The notes under the pieces were generated by a model. It was not told the origin of the DNA. It searched no databases and was given only the letters and a program-made list of their open reading frames with translations. A stretch of 64,000 bases of DNA, taken from NCBI RefSeq assembly GCF_044324875.1, contig NZ_CP172185.1, one strand, 5' to 3'. The first letter of the stretch is position 1. Every line of letters starts with the position of its first letter. This document shows positions 23,869 to 33,834 of the stretch, one piece after another. The position numbers and the translations under genes are program-made. The stretch is from Escherichia coli. Its GTDB lineage: Bacteria > Pseudomonadota > Gammaproteobacteria > Enterobacterales > Enterobacteriaceae.

Positions 23869-24744
23869 ATGAGCGAAAAGCTACAGAAAGTGCTGGCGCG
23901 TGCCGGCCACGGCTCTCGCCGTGAAATCGAATCTATTATTGAAGCCGGTCGTGTGAGTGTTGATGGCAAAATTGCTAAACTCGGCGATCGCGTTGAAATT
24001 ACCCCTGGATTGAAAATCCGTATCGATGGTCACCTGATTTCGGTACGTGAGTCCGCTGAACAAATTTGTCGCGTTCTGGCCTATTACAAACCGGAAGGTG
24101 AGTTGTGTACCCGTAACGATCCGGAAGGGCGTCCAACGGTGTTTGACCGTCTGCCAAAGCTGCGTGGCGCACGCTGGATTGCCGTGGGTCGCCTGGACGT
24201 TAATACCTGTGGTCTGCTGCTGTTCACTACCGACGGTGAACTGGCAAACCGTTTAATGCATCCAAGCCGTGAAGTTGAACGTGAATATGCCGTGCGTGTA
24301 TTTGGTCAGGTTGACGACGCGAAACTGCGTGATTTGAGTCGTGGCGTGCAGCTGGAAGATGGTCCGGCAGCCTTTAAAACCATCAAGTTCAGCGGCGGCG
24401 AAGGGATCAACCAGTGGTACAACGTAACTCTGACCGAAGGCCGTAACCGTGAAGTTCGTCGTCTTTGGGAAGCGGTTGGTGTGCAGGTAAGCCGCCTGAT
24501 CCGTGTTCGTTACGGTGATATCCCACTGCCGAAAGGTCTGCCACGCGGTGGCTGGACGGAGCTGGACCTCGCCCAGACTAACTATCTACGCGAACTGGTG
24601 GAGCTACCGCCAGAAACCAGCTCTAAAGTCGCTGTAGAAAAAGACCGTCGTCGTATGAAGGCGAATCAGATTCGTCGAGCGGTTAAGCGTCACAGTCAGG
24701 TGAGCGGCGGTCGTCGTTCTGGTGGACGTAATAATAACGGTTAA
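23869..24744 (+). CDS. rluB: 23S rRNA pseudouridine(2605) synthase RluB
   Basis: 291 aa. N-terminal S4 domain ([17 protein letters not shown]), catalytic-Asp motif [14 protein letters not shown], basic C-terminal tail. Confidence 0.96.
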   Translation: MSEKLQKVLARAGHGSRREIESIIEAGRVSVDGKIAKLGDRVEITPGLKIRIDGHLISVRESAEQICRVLAYYKPEGELCTRNDPEGRPTVFDRLPKLRGARWIAVGRLDVNTCGLLLFTTDGELANRLMHPSREVEREYAVRVFGQVDDAKLRDLSRGVQLEDGPAAFKTIKFSGGEGINQWYNVTLTEGRNREVRRLWEAVGVQVSRLIRVRYGDIPLPKGLPRGGWTELDLAQTNYLRELVELPPETSSKVAVEKDRRRMKANQIRRAVKRHSQVSGGRRSGGRNNNG

Positions 24745-24765
24745 TTTAAGATAAGTATAAAATAA

Positions 24766-24786
24766 AGGCCCTGCGGGGCCTTTTCT
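24766..24786 (+). terminator. Rho-independent terminator after rluB
   Basis: aggccc-tgcg-gggcct followed by tttcttc, 22 nt after the rluB stop. Confidence 0.75.
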
Positions 24787-24913
24787 TCATTTGAAGCATG
24801 ATAAATAGTCGCAGTATTTTAATTTAATTTCATACTTGCTTATGAATAATACCCGGAAATAGCCACATTACTATTTAATTATCTGAGATAAACTCAACGT
24901 CAAGAGGTGGGTT

Positions 24914-25936
24914 ATGATTAGATATAGTGGAATATTTCTATCGCTGTTAATGCTTTCAGGTTGTGCAACTGAAGCATTGAAAAACGAACAAGCTGAAACT
25001 GTTATTACTGCGGGTAACAAAGCAGTAGCGGCGAATGCAAGTTTCTTTAAACAATACTATGCTTCTCGTGAAAACTTCCTTGTTAATTTTTATGCGACTA
25101 ATCCGGATTGTGCACCTCGACCAGATTATGAGGTAGTTATTGAAAACAGTACCAGTGATGAGTCATTATGTCAGCAACCTGGAGATAAGCACAAAAAATC
25201 TCAAGAAGATCTTTTTATTACAAAGATAGTCGCTACTGAAAAAGAAAGATTGCTGGCTTCTATGGAAATCATTAGCAGTATGAGTTCTTATGTCGAACTT
25301 TTGAATGAGGATTTAGATGTTAAAGACAGCAAACAGTTCATATTGCTTAAACAAGCTCTGGATCACGCGAATAATGCGGGGGCACTTCTGGGCATCAATG
25401 ATGGTGGAACATTAACAAAATCTGCAGCAGCGGTTAAAGATTTAGTGGTTTATTTCAATGGGTTGTATAATACAAGGGTAAGCGCAGGGAATATAGGTAG
25501 TACGGTAAATAATCATTGGCAAAGAATAAAAAATGATCTAACTGATATACGAAACGATATCGCGACAAAAGGTAAACAAACTGGAAGAAATACCTTTGCG
25601 ACGGTACATAATAATCTCGTTTATTACAATGCCTCCTTAAAAAAAGGAGGAGGTAATGAATTTAAGACATTGAAGAGCAGACAAGAATTCCTGGCTGCGA
25701 TTATCAGTATTAATGAAACACGTCTTCGTGCAGCAGATCCAGCTATTCCAGCAATACAAGCACTGAACTCATTTCTTGACGAGGGGAATCACCTTAAGGA
25801 TTTATACACTAATAAAATACGCACAGCGGCTGAACAAAAAAGGCTAAATGAAATATTACGCGCACAGGTCATTAGTGGGTTAAAGGCGTCTGAGGGGCTG
25901 GCAAAACTACTTATTGCCAGCGGAATAATGTTATAG
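24914..25936 (+). CDS. Hypothetical lipoprotein, 340 aa, predicted mostly alpha-helical; family unknown
   Basis: A 1 kb open frame in stop-rich AT-rich DNA. SD gaggtg lies 6 nt upstream of the ATG. The N-terminus MIRYSGIFLSLLMLSG|C has a lipobox L-S-G-C (Cys17 codon at 24962-24964) with Ala at +2. Two further Cys residues (66 and 86). Confidence 0.85.
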   Translation: MIRYSGIFLSLLMLSGCATEALKNEQAETVITAGNKAVAANASFFKQYYASRENFLVNFYATNPDCAPRPDYEVVIENSTSDESLCQQPGDKHKKSQEDLFITKIVATEKERLLASMEIISSMSSYVELLNEDLDVKDSKQFILLKQALDHANNAGALLGINDGGTLTKSAAAVKDLVVYFNGLYNTRVSAGNIGSTVNNHWQRIKNDLTDIRNDIATKGKQTGRNTFATVHNNLVYYNASLKKGGGNEFKTLKSRQEFLAAIISINETRLRAADPAIPAIQALNSFLDEGNHLKDLYTNKIRTAAEQKRLNEILRAQVISGLKASEGLAKLLIASGIML

Positions 25937-25948
25937 GAGGGGCTTTTT

Positions 25949-26257
25949 ATGAACGATGTACAAAACCGTAGAATATTGGCATTACTTGATATGCTGTATA
26001 ATACTCTGGGCAACAAAACCACATGCAAGGTTTGTCATAAATATTTTATCCTTATCCTCACGGTGATGAACAATCTGACGATTAACTACGGTACTGAAAC
26101 TTCGCCAGAGTTAAGCGGAATCAGTTATGAAGATGCCAATGCGTTAATTACTGAACTGATATTATTTATTGAAGATGTTGACGCTGAGAATCATGAAGCA
26201 TATCCGGGACATTTGAATGAGATTAAACGGATTCTGAGTTTTGCTATTGCCGCTTGA
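25949..26257 (+). CDS. Hypothetical small acidic protein, 102 aa, no signal peptide, CxxCH motif; family unknown
   Basis: ATG lies 8 nt after a perfect AGGAGG (25935-25940) that overlaps the ORF1 stop, with a 12-nt intergenic gap, so it is co-transcribed. A hairpin follows at 26272-26306. Confidence 0.72.
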   Translation: MNDVQNRRILALLDMLYNTLGNKTTCKVCHKYFILILTVMNNLTINYGTETSPELSGISYEDANALITELILFIEDVDAENHEAYPGHLNEIKRILSFAIAA

Positions 26258-26271
26258 ATATAATTATGATT

Positions 26272-26306
26272 AAAGCACCTCAAGAGGCGATCTTTTGAGG
26301 TGCTTT
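26272..26306. terminator. Long hairpin between cassette ORF2 and btuR (likely bidirectional terminator)
   Basis: aaagcacctcaaga...tcttttgaggtgcttt gives a stem of about 13 bp with a 2-nt bulge. It ends 3 nt before the btuR stop codon. Confidence 0.7.
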
Positions 26307-26309
26307 CAC

Positions 26310-26900
26310 TTAATAATCAATCCCTATTTGCGCCTTAACACCGGCATCAAACGCATGTTTGATGGGGCGCAGCTCACTTACCGTATCCGCCAATTCAAGA
26401 ATATCCCGATGACAACCACGACCCGTGATAATCACCGTCTGTTGATGTGGACGTTCATTTAACGCCTGCACCACTTCTTCCAGTGGCAAATAGTCATACG
26501 CCACCATATACGTCAGTTCATCGAGCAAAACCATATCCAGTGAAGGATTGGCAAGCATCCGCTTTGCATGTTGCCAGACTTCGCGACAGGCGGCGGTATC
26601 AGACTCGCGGTTTTGTGTATCCCAGGTAAAGCCCGTTGCCATCACCTGAAATTCAACGCCGTGTGGTTCCAGCAGATTTCGTTCGCCATTAGGCCAGGTG
26701 CCTTTAATAAACTGCACGACGCCCACTTTTTTTCCGTGACCAACTGCGCGTGTTGCCGTACCAAATGCCGCGGTGGTTTTGCCTTTTCCATTGCCGGTAA
26801 AGACGATGATAATACCGCGTTCATCCTGGGCCTGGGCCACACGAGCATCGACTTTTTCTTTCACTCGCTGCTGACGCTGTTGGTAGCGTTCATCACTCAT
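26310..26900 (-). CDS. btuR: Cob(I)yrinic acid a,c-diamide / cobinamide adenosyltransferase
   Basis: 196 aa, P-loop GNGKGKTTAA, C-terminus ...AQIGIDY. Also called cobO. Confidence 0.95.
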   Translation of the reverse strand: MSDERYQQRQQRVKEKVDARVAQAQDERGIIIVFTGNGKGKTTAAFGTATRAVGHGKKVGVVQFIKGTWPNGERNLLEPHGVEFQVMATGFTWDTQNRESDTAACREVWQHAKRMLANPSLDMVLLDELTYMVAYDYLPLEEVVQALNERPHQQTVIITGRGCHRDILELADTVSELRPIKHAFDAGVKAQIGIDY

Positions 26901-27655
26901 TGGGAAATTCCTGGTTTACGGCCCGGTTGGGCGTCAAAGGTCATGCCGGTTTTACGGCGGCTGTCATCACCCATCAGCCAGAGGTAGAGCGGCATGATAT
27001 CAGCGGGTGTTTTAAGTTTCTGTGGATCTTCGGTCGGGAAGGCGCTGGCACGCATTGCGGTGCGCGTACCGCCTGGGTTAATGCAGTTGACGCGCAGGCG
27101 CTGCTGATATTCATCGGCCAGTACCTGCATCATCCCTTCGGTGGCAAATTTCGACGCTGCATATGCGCCCCAGTTTGCACGCCCCTGACGTCCAACGCTT
27201 GATGAAGTAAAGACCAGTGAACCCGCGTCCGATTTGAGTAATAAAGGAAGCAGTGCCTGGGTGAGCATAAAGGTAGCATTAACGTTGACCTGCATGACGT
27301 CCTGCCAGACCTGCGGATTTTGTTCGCTCATTGGGCAAACATCGCCGAGCAATCCGGCATTATGCAAAACACCATCCAGACGCGGATAATTAACGGCAAT
27401 GCGCTGCGCCAGTTGTTGGCAATCTTCGGACGTGCAGGTCAGCAAATCGAGAATAAACCACTGTGGCTGACGCCCAGTTTCTTCGTTTATGTGGCTGGCT
27501 ACCTGACGTAATTTTTCTTCATTACGGCCTAACAGAATCACTGTCGCACCATAGCGTGCATACGTCATCGCGGCTTCACGGCCAATACCATCGCTGGCTC
27601 CCGTCACCAGGATAATGCGATCATTGAGTAAATCTTGTTTTGGCTGGTAATGCAT
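26897..27655 (-). CDS. yciK: Short-chain dehydrogenase/reductase YciK
   Basis: 252 aa, cofactor motif TGASDGIG, SDR Y-x3-K (YAASKFA). Overlaps btuR by 4 nt. Confidence 0.94.
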   Translation of the reverse strand: MHYQPKQDLLNDRIILVTGASDGIGREAAMTYARYGATVILLGRNEEKLRQVASHINEETGRQPQWFILDLLTCTSEDCQQLAQRIAVNYPRLDGVLHNAGLLGDVCPMSEQNPQVWQDVMQVNVNATFMLTQALLPLLLKSDAGSLVFTSSSVGRQGRANWGAYAASKFATEGMMQVLADEYQQRLRVNCINPGGTRTAMRASAFPTEDPQKLKTPADIMPLYLWLMGDDSRRKTGMTFDAQPGRKPGISQ

Positions 27656-27874
27656 GGCTACTCCTCAACGACGTTGTCTGTCGCGCTGCCAGTGTACTTT
27701 ATGACTTTGGGGCTTTATGCCTGAAACAGAAGGGCATTTCAATCAGCCTGGGGCGATAACACCGCAAAATGGATACTTTGTCATACTTTCGCTGCAATAA
27801 CATCTCTGCGAGACGGCTTAACATGCCTGTTGTAAACTGTCAGCCAAAGCGTTGTTTAACCAAGGTGGGGACTC

Positions 27875-28924
27875 GTGGAATTGTTGTCTGAATATGGTTT
27901 GTTTTTGGCGAAAATCGTTACCGTTGTGCTAGCGATTGCGGCGATTGCCGCCATTATTGTCAATGTTGCTCAACGTAATAAACGCCAGCGTGGCGAGTTA
28001 CGGGTCAACAATCTCAGCGAACAGTATAAGGAGATGAAAGAAGAACTGGCCGCGGCGCTGATGGACTCACATCAGCAAAAACAGTGGCACAAAGCGCAGA
28101 AGAAAAAGCACAAGCAAGAAGCGAAAGCAGCAAAAGCGAAAGCCAAACTGGGCGAGGTGGCAACTGACAGTAAACCTCGCGTCTGGGTGCTGGATTTTAA
28201 AGGCAGCATGGACGCCCATGAAGTGAACTCGCTACGTGAAGAGATAACGGCGGTACTCGCAGCATTCAAACCGCAGGATCAGGTTGTGCTACGTCTGGAA
28301 AGCCCTGGTGGCATGGTGCATGGTTACGGGCTGGCGGCTTCGCAGCTGCAGCGTCTGCGTGATAAAAACATTCCTTTAACTGTTACGGTAGACAAAGTCG
28401 CTGCCAGTGGCGGTTACATGATGGCCTGTGTGGCAGACAAAATTGTTTCCGCACCGTTTGCTATTGTGGGTTCCATTGGGGTGGTGGCGCAAATGCCCAA
28501 CTTTAACCGCTTCCTGAAAAGCAAAGATATTGATATCGAACTGCACACCGCCGGGCAGTATAAGCGCACGCTGACCTTGCTGGGTGAAAATACCGAAGAA
28601 GGGCGGGAGAAATTCCGCGAAGAGCTGAACGAAACGCATCAGTTATTTAAAGATTTTGTGAAGCGTATGCGTCCGTCTCTGGATATTGATCAGGTGGCAA
28701 CGGGTGAACACTGGTACGGACAACAGGCGGTAGAGAAAGGCCTGGTTGATGAAATCAACACCAGTGATGAAGTTATTCTTAGCCTGATGGAAGGCCGTGA
28801 AGTGGTCAATGTACGCTATATGCAGCGTAAACGACTCATTGACCGATTCACCGGCAGCGCGGCAGAGAGCGCCGATCGATTGTTGCTACGCTGGTGGCAG
28901 CGGGGTCAAAAGCCATTGATGTAA
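27875..28924 (+). CDS. sohB: Inner-membrane S49-family peptidase SohB
   Basis: 349 aa from a GTG start. N-terminal TM helix, Lys/Ala-rich linker, ClpP/SppA-like domain. Confidence 0.94.
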   Translation: MELLSEYGLFLAKIVTVVLAIAAIAAIIVNVAQRNKRQRGELRVNNLSEQYKEMKEELAAALMDSHQQKQWHKAQKKKHKQEAKAAKAKAKLGEVATDSKPRVWVLDFKGSMDAHEVNSLREEITAVLAAFKPQDQVVLRLESPGGMVHGYGLAASQLQRLRDKNIPLTVTVDKVAASGGYMMACVADKIVSAPFAIVGSIGVVAQMPNFNRFLKSKDIDIELHTAGQYKRTLTLLGENTEEGREKFREELNETHQLFKDFVKRMRPSLDIDQVATGEHWYGQQAVEKGLVDEINTSDEVILSLMEGREVVNVRYMQRKRLIDRFTGSAAESADRLLLRWWQRGQKPLM

Positions 28925-28930
28925 AAGACA

Positions 28931-28957
28931 AACGCGAGGCTAAGACCTCGCGTTTTG
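28931..28957. terminator. Bidirectional terminator between sohB and yciN
   Basis: aacgcgagg-ctaaga-cctcgcgtt followed by ttg; it occupies almost the whole 35-nt gap between the convergent genes. Confidence 0.8.
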
Positions 28958-28959
28958 CT

Positions 28960-29211
28960 TTAATCAACCAGGTGATATTTTTCTGAAAGCACATGGGCCA
29001 GGTGTTTGAACATATTAAACACCGCGGTGCTTTTGGCTGTTGGCAATCCTTGTTCATCTAAAAAGTAGTCGCCGGTAAATACCAGCACGCCATTACGCTG
29101 CGTGACGCCGGTGGCTTCAATCCCTGCGAGCGTATCCTCATGCTCACGAATGATTTTGTTGGCCTCTTTCAACAGCGTTTCGCGGTCGATGGGTTGTGTC
29201 TCTTTGTTCAT
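28960..29211 (-). CDS. yciN: Small protein YciN (DUF2498)
   Basis: 83 aa, [35 protein letters not shown]. Conserved position upstream of topA. Confidence 0.9.
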
Positions 29212-29590
29212 TATTTACTCCTTAAACAAGGACATTAGTCTACGCCAGGCATGGCTTGCAGACAAATATACCACGCTGGTGGCAAGAGCGCCTTACTGGC
29301 AACTTTGGATTTTGCATGCTAATAAAGTTGCGTATCGGATTTTATCAGGTACAGTGTGACGCTTTCGTCAATCTGGCAATAGATTTGCTTGACATTCGAC
29401 CAAAATTCCGTCGTGCTATAGCGCCTGTAGGCCAAGACCTGTTAACTCAGTCACCTGAATTTTCGTGAACAGAGTCACGACAAGGGGTTGATATCCGCAG
29501 AGAGCGAGTCCATATCGGTAACTCGTTGCCAGTGGAAGGTTTATCAACGTGCGACGCATTCCTGGAAGAATCAAATTAGGTAAGGTGAAT

Positions 29591-32188
29591 ATGGGTAAAG
29601 CTCTTGTCATCGTTGAGTCCCCGGCAAAAGCCAAAACGATCAACAAGTATCTGGGTAGTGACTACGTGGTGAAATCCAGCGTCGGTCACATCCGCGATTT
29701 GCCGACCAGTGGCTCAGCTGCCAAAAAGAGTGCCGACTCTACCTCCACCAAGACGGCTAAAAAGCCTAAAAAGGATGAACGTGGCGCTCTCGTCAACCGT
29801 ATGGGGGTTGACCCGTGGCACAATTGGGAGGCGCACTATGAAGTGTTGCCTGGTAAAGAGAAGGTCGTCTCTGAACTGAAACAACTGGCTGAAAAAGCCG
29901 ACCACATCTATCTCGCAACCGACCTTGACCGCGAAGGGGAAGCCATTGCATGGCACCTGCGGGAAGTGATTGGTGGTGATGATGCGCGCTATAGCCGAGT
30001 GGTGTTTAACGAAATTACTAAAAACGCGATCCGCCAGGCATTTAACAAACCAGGTGAGCTGAATATTGATCGTGTTAATGCCCAGCAGGCGCGTCGCTTT
30101 ATGGACCGCGTGGTGGGGTATATGGTTTCGCCGCTGCTGTGGAAAAAGATCGCTCGTGGTCTGTCTGCCGGTCGTGTGCAGTCGGTGGCGGTCCGCCTGG
30201 TGGTCGAGCGTGAGCGTGAAATTAAAGCGTTCGTACCGGAAGAGTTCTGGGAAGTCGATGCCAGCACGACCACGCCATCTGGTGATGCGTTGGCGTTGCA
30301 GGTGACTCATCAGAACGACAAACCGTTCCGCCCGGTCAACAAAGAACAAACTCAGGCTGCGGTAAGTCTGCTGGAAAAAGCGCGCTACAGCGTGCTGGAA
30401 CGTGAAGACAAACCGACAACCAGTAAACCTGGCGCTCCTTTTATTACCTCTACGCTGCAACAAGCTGCCAGCACCCGTCTTGGTTTTGGCGTGAAAAAAA
30501 CCATGATGATGGCGCAGCGTTTGTATGAAGCTGGCTATATAACATACATGCGTACCGACTCCACCAACCTGAGTCAGGACGCGGTAAATATGGTTCGCGG
30601 TTATATCAGCGATAATTTTGGTAAGAAATATCTGCCGGAAAGTCCGAATCAGTACGCCAGCAAAGAAAACTCACAGGAAGCGCACGAAGCGATTCGTCCT
30701 TCTGACGTCAATGTGATGGCGGAATCGCTGAAGGATATGGAAGCAGATGCGCAGAAACTGTACCAGTTAATCTGGCGTCAGTTCGTTGCCTGCCAGATGA
30801 CCCCAGCGAAATATGACTCTACGACGCTGACCGTTGGTGCGGGCGATTTCCGCCTGAAAGCACGCGGTCGTATTTTGCGCTTTGATGGCTGGACGAAAGT
30901 GATGCCTGCGCTGCGTAAAGGCGATGAAGATCGTATCTTACCGGCAGTCGATAAAGGCGATGCTTTAACACTCGTTGAACTGACACCAGCCCAGCACTTT
31001 ACCAAGCCGCCAGCGCGTTTCAGTGAAGCATCGTTGGTTAAAGAGCTGGAAAAACGCGGCATCGGTCGTCCGTCTACCTATGCGTCGATCATTTCGACCA
31101 TTCAGGATCGTGGCTATGTGCGAGTAGAAAATCGTCGTTTCTACGCGGAAAAAATGGGTGAAATTGTCACCGATCGCCTGGAAGAAAATTTCCGTGAGTT
31201 AATGAACTACGACTTTACCGCGCAGATGGAAAACAGCCTCGACCAGGTGGCAAATCACGAAGCAGAGTGGAAAGCTGTACTGGATCACTTCTTCTCGGAT
31301 TTCACCCAGCAGTTAGATAAAGCGGAAAAAGATCCGGAAGAGGGGGGGATGCGCCCGAACCAGATGGTTCTGACCAGCATCGACTGCCCGACCTGTGGTC
31401 GCAAAATGGGTATTCGCACAGCGAGCACCGGGGTATTCCTTGGCTGTTCCGGCTACGCTCTGCCACCGAAAGAGCGTTGCAAAACCACCATCAACCTGGT
31501 GCCGGAAAACGAAGTGCTGAACGTGCTGGAAGGTGAAGACGCTGAAACCAACGCGCTGCGCGCAAAACGTCGTTGCCCGAAATGCGGCACGGCGATGGAC
31601 AGCTATCTCATCGATCCGAAACGTAAGTTGCATGTCTGTGGTAATAACCCAACCTGCGACGGTTACGAGATCGAAGAGGGCGAATTCCGCATTAAAGGTT
31701 ATGACGGCCCGATCGTTGAGTGTGAAAAATGTGGCTCTGAAATGCACCTGAAAATGGGGCGTTTCGGTAAATACATGGCCTGCACCAACGAAGAGTGTAA
31801 AAACACACGTAAGATTTTACGTAACGGCGAAGTGGCACCACCGAAAGAAGATCCGGTGCCATTACCTGAGTTGCCGTGCGAAAAATCAGATGCTTATTTC
31901 GTGCTGCGTGACGGTGCTGCCGGTGTGTTCCTGGCGGCCAATACCTTCCCGAAATCGCGTGAAACACGTGCGCCACTGGTGGAAGAGCTTTATCGCTTCC
32001 GCGACCGTCTGCCGGAAAAACTGCGTTATCTGGCCGATGCGCCACAGCAGGATCCGGAAGGTAATAAGACCATGGTTCGCTTTAGCCGTAAAACCAAACA
32101 GCAATATGTCTCTTCGGAAAAAGACGGAAAGGCGACTGGCTGGTCAGCATTTTATGTTGATGGCAAATGGGTTGAAGGAAAAAAATAA
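29591..32188 (+). CDS. topA: DNA topoisomerase I
   Basis: Trimmed to [22 protein letters not shown], 865 aa. Toprim domain and three C-terminal Cys4 zinc ribbons ([41 protein letters not shown]). Confidence 0.98.
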   Translation: MGKALVIVESPAKAKTINKYLGSDYVVKSSVGHIRDLPTSGSAAKKSADSTSTKTAKKPKKDERGALVNRMGVDPWHNWEAHYEVLPGKEKVVSELKQLAEKADHIYLATDLDREGEAIAWHLREVIGGDDARYSRVVFNEITKNAIRQAFNKPGELNIDRVNAQQARRFMDRVVGYMVSPLLWKKIARGLSAGRVQSVAVRLVVEREREIKAFVPEEFWEVDASTTTPSGDALALQVTHQNDKPFRPVNKEQTQAAVSLLEKARYSVLEREDKPTTSKPGAPFITSTLQQAASTRLGFGVKKTMMMAQRLYEAGYITYMRTDSTNLSQDAVNMVRGYISDNFGKKYLPESPNQYASKENSQEAHEAIRPSDVNVMAESLKDMEADAQKLYQLIWRQFVACQMTPAKYDSTTLTVGAGDFRLKARGRILRFDGWTKVMPALRKGDEDRILPAVDKGDALTLVELTPAQHFTKPPARFSEASLVKELEKRGIGRPSTYASIISTIQDRGYVRVENRRFYAEKMGEIVTDRLEENFRELMNYDFTAQMENSLDQVANHEAEWKAVLDHFFSDFTQQLDKAEKDPEEGGMRPNQMVLTSIDCPTCGRKMGIRTASTGVFLGCSGYALPPKERCKTTINLVPENEVLNVLEGEDAETNALRAKRRCPKCGTAMDSYLIDPKRKLHVCGNNPTCDGYEIEEGEFRIKGYDGPIVECEKCGSEMHLKMGRFGKYMACTNEECKNTRKILRNGEVAPPKEDPVPLPELPCEKSDAYFVLRDGAAGVFLAANTFPKSRETRAPLVEELYRFRDRLPEKLRYLADAPQQDPEGNKTMVRFSRKTKQQYVSSEKDGKATGWSAFYVDGKWVEGKK

Positions 32189-32219
32189 CCTTTAATTCTG
32201 TCAGGTTTTTATAAACAAA

Positions 32220-32243
32220 GGGTCGCGAAAGCGGCCCTTTTTT
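32220..32243 (+). terminator. Rho-independent terminator after topA
   Basis: gggtcgc-gaaa-gcggccc (one mismatch) followed by tttttt. Confidence 0.8.
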
Positions 32244-32374
32244 ATTGCATATTATTTTTTCTTCACACCTATACACTAAGGCTATAAATGATATAGTGGT
32301 TATAGTTAGCACCTTTTTTATTATTAAATCGTATTAGTCACGCCGCCTGGTGTGACGAAAAAACGATGTTCTGA

Positions 32375-33373
<999 letters not shown>

Positions 33374-33389
33374 TTTCTTGCGTTATTTT

Positions 33390-33417
33390 CGGCACCTTTT
33401 ATGTAGCGAAGGTGCCG
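33390..33417 (+). terminator. Probable terminator after cysB
   Basis: cggcacctt-(10-nt loop)-aaggtgccg, 16 nt after the stop. The downstream T-tract is only moderate. Confidence 0.55.
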
Positions 33418-33691
33418 GAATATATTCTCTTTTGTTGCTTATTTGTATACCGTGCACAATATTTTTATCCCTCATATTTATAGGGTAAATTACCTGTAAA
33501 GTAGTGTCTAATTACCCGCCTCGCAAACTCCAGTTTTCAAATATCTATTTCAGGTCAAAAGATTGAATTATTCACTGGAGACGATTCGTAAATTCGCTGG
33601 ATTTTTGACTAAAGTTTCTTTAGGATTTGTCTCATCGTATGATTAATTACACCAATCGTTCAACGTCTTGCTGATAAGTGATGCCGATTAT

Positions 33692-33832
33692 ATGAGGTTA
33701 GCAATGCCTTCTGGAAATCAGGAACCCCGCCGGGACCCTGAATTAAAACGCAAAGCCTGGCTGGCGGTATTTCTTGGTTCTGCTCTTTTCTGGGTGGTTG
33801 TCGCACTGCTGATTTGGAAAGTGTGGGGATAA
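33692..33832 (+). CDS. ymiA: Small membrane protein YmiA (46 aa; alternative start at 33704)
   Basis: Hand translation gives MRLAMPSGNQEPRRDPELKRKAWLAVFLGSALFWVVVALLIWKVWG*, with one TM helix. It is below the ORF-track size cutoff and matches my memory of the K-12 small-protein annotation. Confidence 0.65.
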   Translation: MRLAMPSGNQEPRRDPELKRKAWLAVFLGSALFWVVVALLIWKVWG

Positions 33833-33834
33833 CT

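Larger units (their letters stand above)
24745..26309. other. AT-rich accessory cassette (two-gene operon) inserted between convergent core genes rluB and btuR; no mobility genes
   Basis: Hand counts of four 60-nt lines inside give 33-38% G+C, against 47-57% in flanking lines. Rare codons (AGA, ATA, GGA) occur at the ORF1 start. As I recall, the K-12 rluB-btuR spacer is only tens of bp. Confidence 0.8.

Noticed and set aside
25789-26028. 79-aa minus-strand ORF bridging the ORF1/ORF2 junction of the cassette
   Set aside because: It overlaps both plus-strand ORFs, which have strong SDs and a coherent operon layout. It has no SD, and its product is Ser/Ile/Phe-rich, as expected from the antisense of AT-rich coding DNA.
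24745-26309. Idea that the cassette is an IS element, integron cassette, prophage remnant or toxin-antitoxin pair
   Set aside because: It has no transposase or integrase, no terminal inverted repeats, no attC-like site that I can see, and no phage genes. ORF1 is an exported lipoprotein rather than a typical cytoplasmic toxin. The classification is left open rather than forced.
29714-30463. 249-aa minus-strand ORF inside topA, plus shorter antisense ORFs elsewhere in topA, trpE, trpB, acnA, rnb and puuB
   Set aside because: They lie opposite well-identified genes. The translations are Arg-rich and nonsensical, there are no ribosome-binding sites, and they have no positional logic.
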